Source: Eukaryota sp. GEM-RC1 (taxonomy: Eukaryota). Taken from it: a DNA stretch of 64,000 nt. Made by a program: the position numbers and the translations under genes. Of the stretch, positions 61,871-64,000 are shown in pieces. Below the pieces are notes generated by a model that saw only the letters and a program-made list of their open reading frames with translations, did no database searches and had not been told where the DNA came from. The stretch's first letter is position 1. Every line of letters begins with the position of its first letter. The stretch is from positions 1,984,001-2,048,000 of the forward strand of contig JAUFOQ010000003.1 in the NCBI GenBank assembly GCA_040285855.1. The letters are read 5' to 3'.

Positions 61871-62512
61871 ATGGACTCAGCACCCGGTTCTAGGTGCCAG
61901 TTTCATCATTGTAGTGTCCACGACTTTCTACCTACACCTTGTCCTCATTGCAACCAATCTTTCTGCGTTAATCACCGTCCTCCGGTGAATCATTCTTGTA
62001 CTAATTTCAATACAGTTATTACCTCAAATTCAACCTCAACTTCATCTTCCTACATACGGAAAGATAAATGTCATTCCTGCAAAACCCTTGTCATGACGTC
62101 TCTTCTTGTTCAGTGTCCTAAATGTCACTATTCCTATTGCTTAGAACATCGACATCCAGATCAACACAGATGCCGTAAACCCCCACCTCCTCCAAGAAAA
62201 CCCTTTCTCCTCCCTGGTAGTTTCAATGCAATAGTAATGAAGAGGAGGCGTAAGGATGCTGCTGTAGGTAAGAAGGATATCCCTATTGCTGAAAGAGTTT
62301 ACTTGGATGTAGTGTATCAAGATCAATGCAAAATGTTCTTTTTCACTCAATCAACGGCGGCTGGAAGAGCTGTTGATGTGATTGCATCTCACTTTAAGGT
62401 CAGGAACTCAGCTGAGCTCAATTTGAAACGTGTCAAATCACGTGAGAGTCTTGTTAAGTCTAGTCTTTTAGGTAGTTTTAATTCATCTGTTTTAGATGTT
62501 GTTCTTGAGTAA
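61871..62512 (+). CDS. AN1-type zinc finger protein (ZFAND1/Cuz1-like)
   Basis: GSRCQFHHCSVHDFLPTPCPHCNQSFCVNHRPPVNHSC, a second AN1 finger CPKCHYSYCLEHRHPDQHRC, and AVGKKDIPIAERVYL...GRAVDVIA. Confidence 0.9.
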   Translation: MDSAPGSRCQFHHCSVHDFLPTPCPHCNQSFCVNHRPPVNHSCTNFNTVITSNSTSTSSSYIRKDKCHSCKTLVMTSLLVQCPKCHYSYCLEHRHPDQHRCRKPPPPPRKPFLLPGSFNAIVMKRRRKDAAVGKKDIPIAERVYLDVVYQDQCKMFFFTQSTAAGRAVDVIASHFKVRNSAELNLKRVKSRESLVKSSLLGSFNSSVLDVVLE

Positions 62513-63179
62513 TACTGTGTTGGTTATGTTTCATTCTCCCAAAAATAGTTTTGACCGTATGAAATTTGAATTGTTTGCTTTAGATTATGATATTGGGCTT
62601 ATTGACTTTCAGCTTAGATGCTTCAATTTAAATGCTATATATATCAAAATTCTGTGTGTTGTTCTACAAATACGACGCTAGTTCGAAATTCTTTTTACAA
62701 CACATTTTGCCCTAATTTCAATGTCACCTTCCACATGAAAATACTATGCGAATCTTCTTTATATTTTTCGTCGTTTACACGATCTTCTCTTAATAGTCAT
62801 CCGTCCGTCTTAAGTTAAGACTCTTAACCTTAAAATTCAAGGCTTAAAATTCAATGTTTCTTCTCTTGACATTTCCTGTTATTGTAAATAATCGAATTCA
62901 CTGGACAATGAAAATTATCATTAATTTTAACCCGCTACAAATCTTTTACAAAAGTTTTCATGATCATGGAGAAACCTCTCACAAACGGTGTTCAAAATTC
63001 GTAAAATCATCTTCATTCATCAGTTTTTCAGTTTCTTGATAGTGACTTACAACATGATTGTTTTAGTTAGTTTGTTCAATACCAATAAATGTAAATATTC
63101 CGGAACACGCAGAAAATATACATGTACCTCGATTGAAGAATTCTGGAGTTCTTCACTTTACTCCTTCACAGATAATAAA

Positions 63180-64000
63180 ATGACCAAGACTAGACCTCCA
63201 TCAAAACGTAAACATGATGTCCTTCGTCTACTACGTAAAGATAACTTAGATCCTGAAATGGAATCTCAACTTAAAGAAGAACTTAAACTTATAGAGGATC
63301 AACTCGTTGTTGTACGTCGCAACGAACTTATTGAACGCAATCTTAACATCTTCAAGAAAATCCGTCACTTTGAACGGACAAAAGCTGCCCGTCAACTTAA
63401 AAGGGCTGAAAAACACCTCAACTCTCTCCCCCTCCGATGCCAGTGACGAAGATATAGCCCTTGCTGATGCTCAGCTGGTAGCTGCTCACTCTATTTGTAA
63501 TTATACTCAACATTTTCCTTTTGTTTATTCTTATATTTCGATCTTCAAAGAACCCAATGATGTTGATGCGGTGTCCAAAAGAGACTCAATCATGGAATAT
63601 TGTAATAAGAAGGCCCTCTTACTTTCTCAAGGGAAAACGGAAGAAGCAGAAGCTCTTTTATCAACTTTAGATGTTCGAGTTCCTACACAACCTCTCAAGA
63701 AAAGGTCTCAAAAACCATCGAATTCAGCTGTAAAGAAACCAAAACCAGTAAAGGAGGATGAGTCAGAAGAAGAAGAAGACGATTCTGAAGAAGAAGTGAT
63801 GTCCAGTGATAGCGATGAAGCTCCTGAAGTACTTTCCAACGAAAAGAAGATCGAATCTGAAGTTTCCCAGGAACCAGTTGAAAAACCAAAGAAGAAGAAG
63901 TTGGTGTTTGATTCGATCACTGACGGTGCTCCTTCAGGAGATGCCTTTGAGAATGACGATTTCTTTGGTGATGCTGACGATGCTTCTAAATGGGTGAAGG
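63180..64000 (+). CDS. EFG1: rRNA-processing protein Efg1-like; apparent +1 frameshift near 63430, 3' end beyond window
   Basis: KRKHDVLRLLRK, KKIRHFERTKAARQLKR, then after the shift NYTQHFPFVYSYISIF and an acidic tail ending DDFF. Confidence 0.82.

Noticed and set aside
1..64000. Alternative genetic code (stop reassignment)
   Set aside because: TAA, TAG and TGA all end recognisable genes at the expected places, and ORF breaks are frame changes rather than in-frame stops.

Overview
Gene-dense nuclear DNA of a unicellular, probably flagellated eukaryote. An anaerobic protist is a guess from gene content, and the taxon cannot be fixed from the sequence. About 26 protein genes are recognisable: CAP/Srv2, a MATCAP-like peptidase, an MFS sugar transporter, IQCA1/DRC11, an Asteroid/XPG-like PIN nuclease, CDK7, a reticulon-reticulon-LRR fusion, NMT, an alpha-phosphohexomutase, SepSecS, GNB1L/ASA1, Mre11, SARAF, eIF3b, Orc1/Cdc6, a giant USP, LZIC, UAP1, ZFAND1, Efg1 and others. 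There is also a short U2 snRNA gene and three 28-29 nt GT-AG introns. Gene blocks are separated by islands of nested non-autonomous DNA transposons (hAT-type with 8-bp TSDs, MULE-like, CAC-ended with TA TSD) and a REL-type non-LTR remnant. About 23 single-base frameshifts split conserved genes, nearly all at homopolymers and most likely long-read assembly errors. The most striking items are bacterial-type genes embedded among the eukaryotic ones: a full YqeB (prokaryotic marker of the selenium-dependent molybdenum hydroxylase trait, about 9 kb from SepSecS), an Rpn/PD-(D/E)XK nuclease with a duplicated C-terminal RpnS-like module, and a proteobacterial-type MAPEG. All protein identifications are from motif recognition by eye, not database searches.
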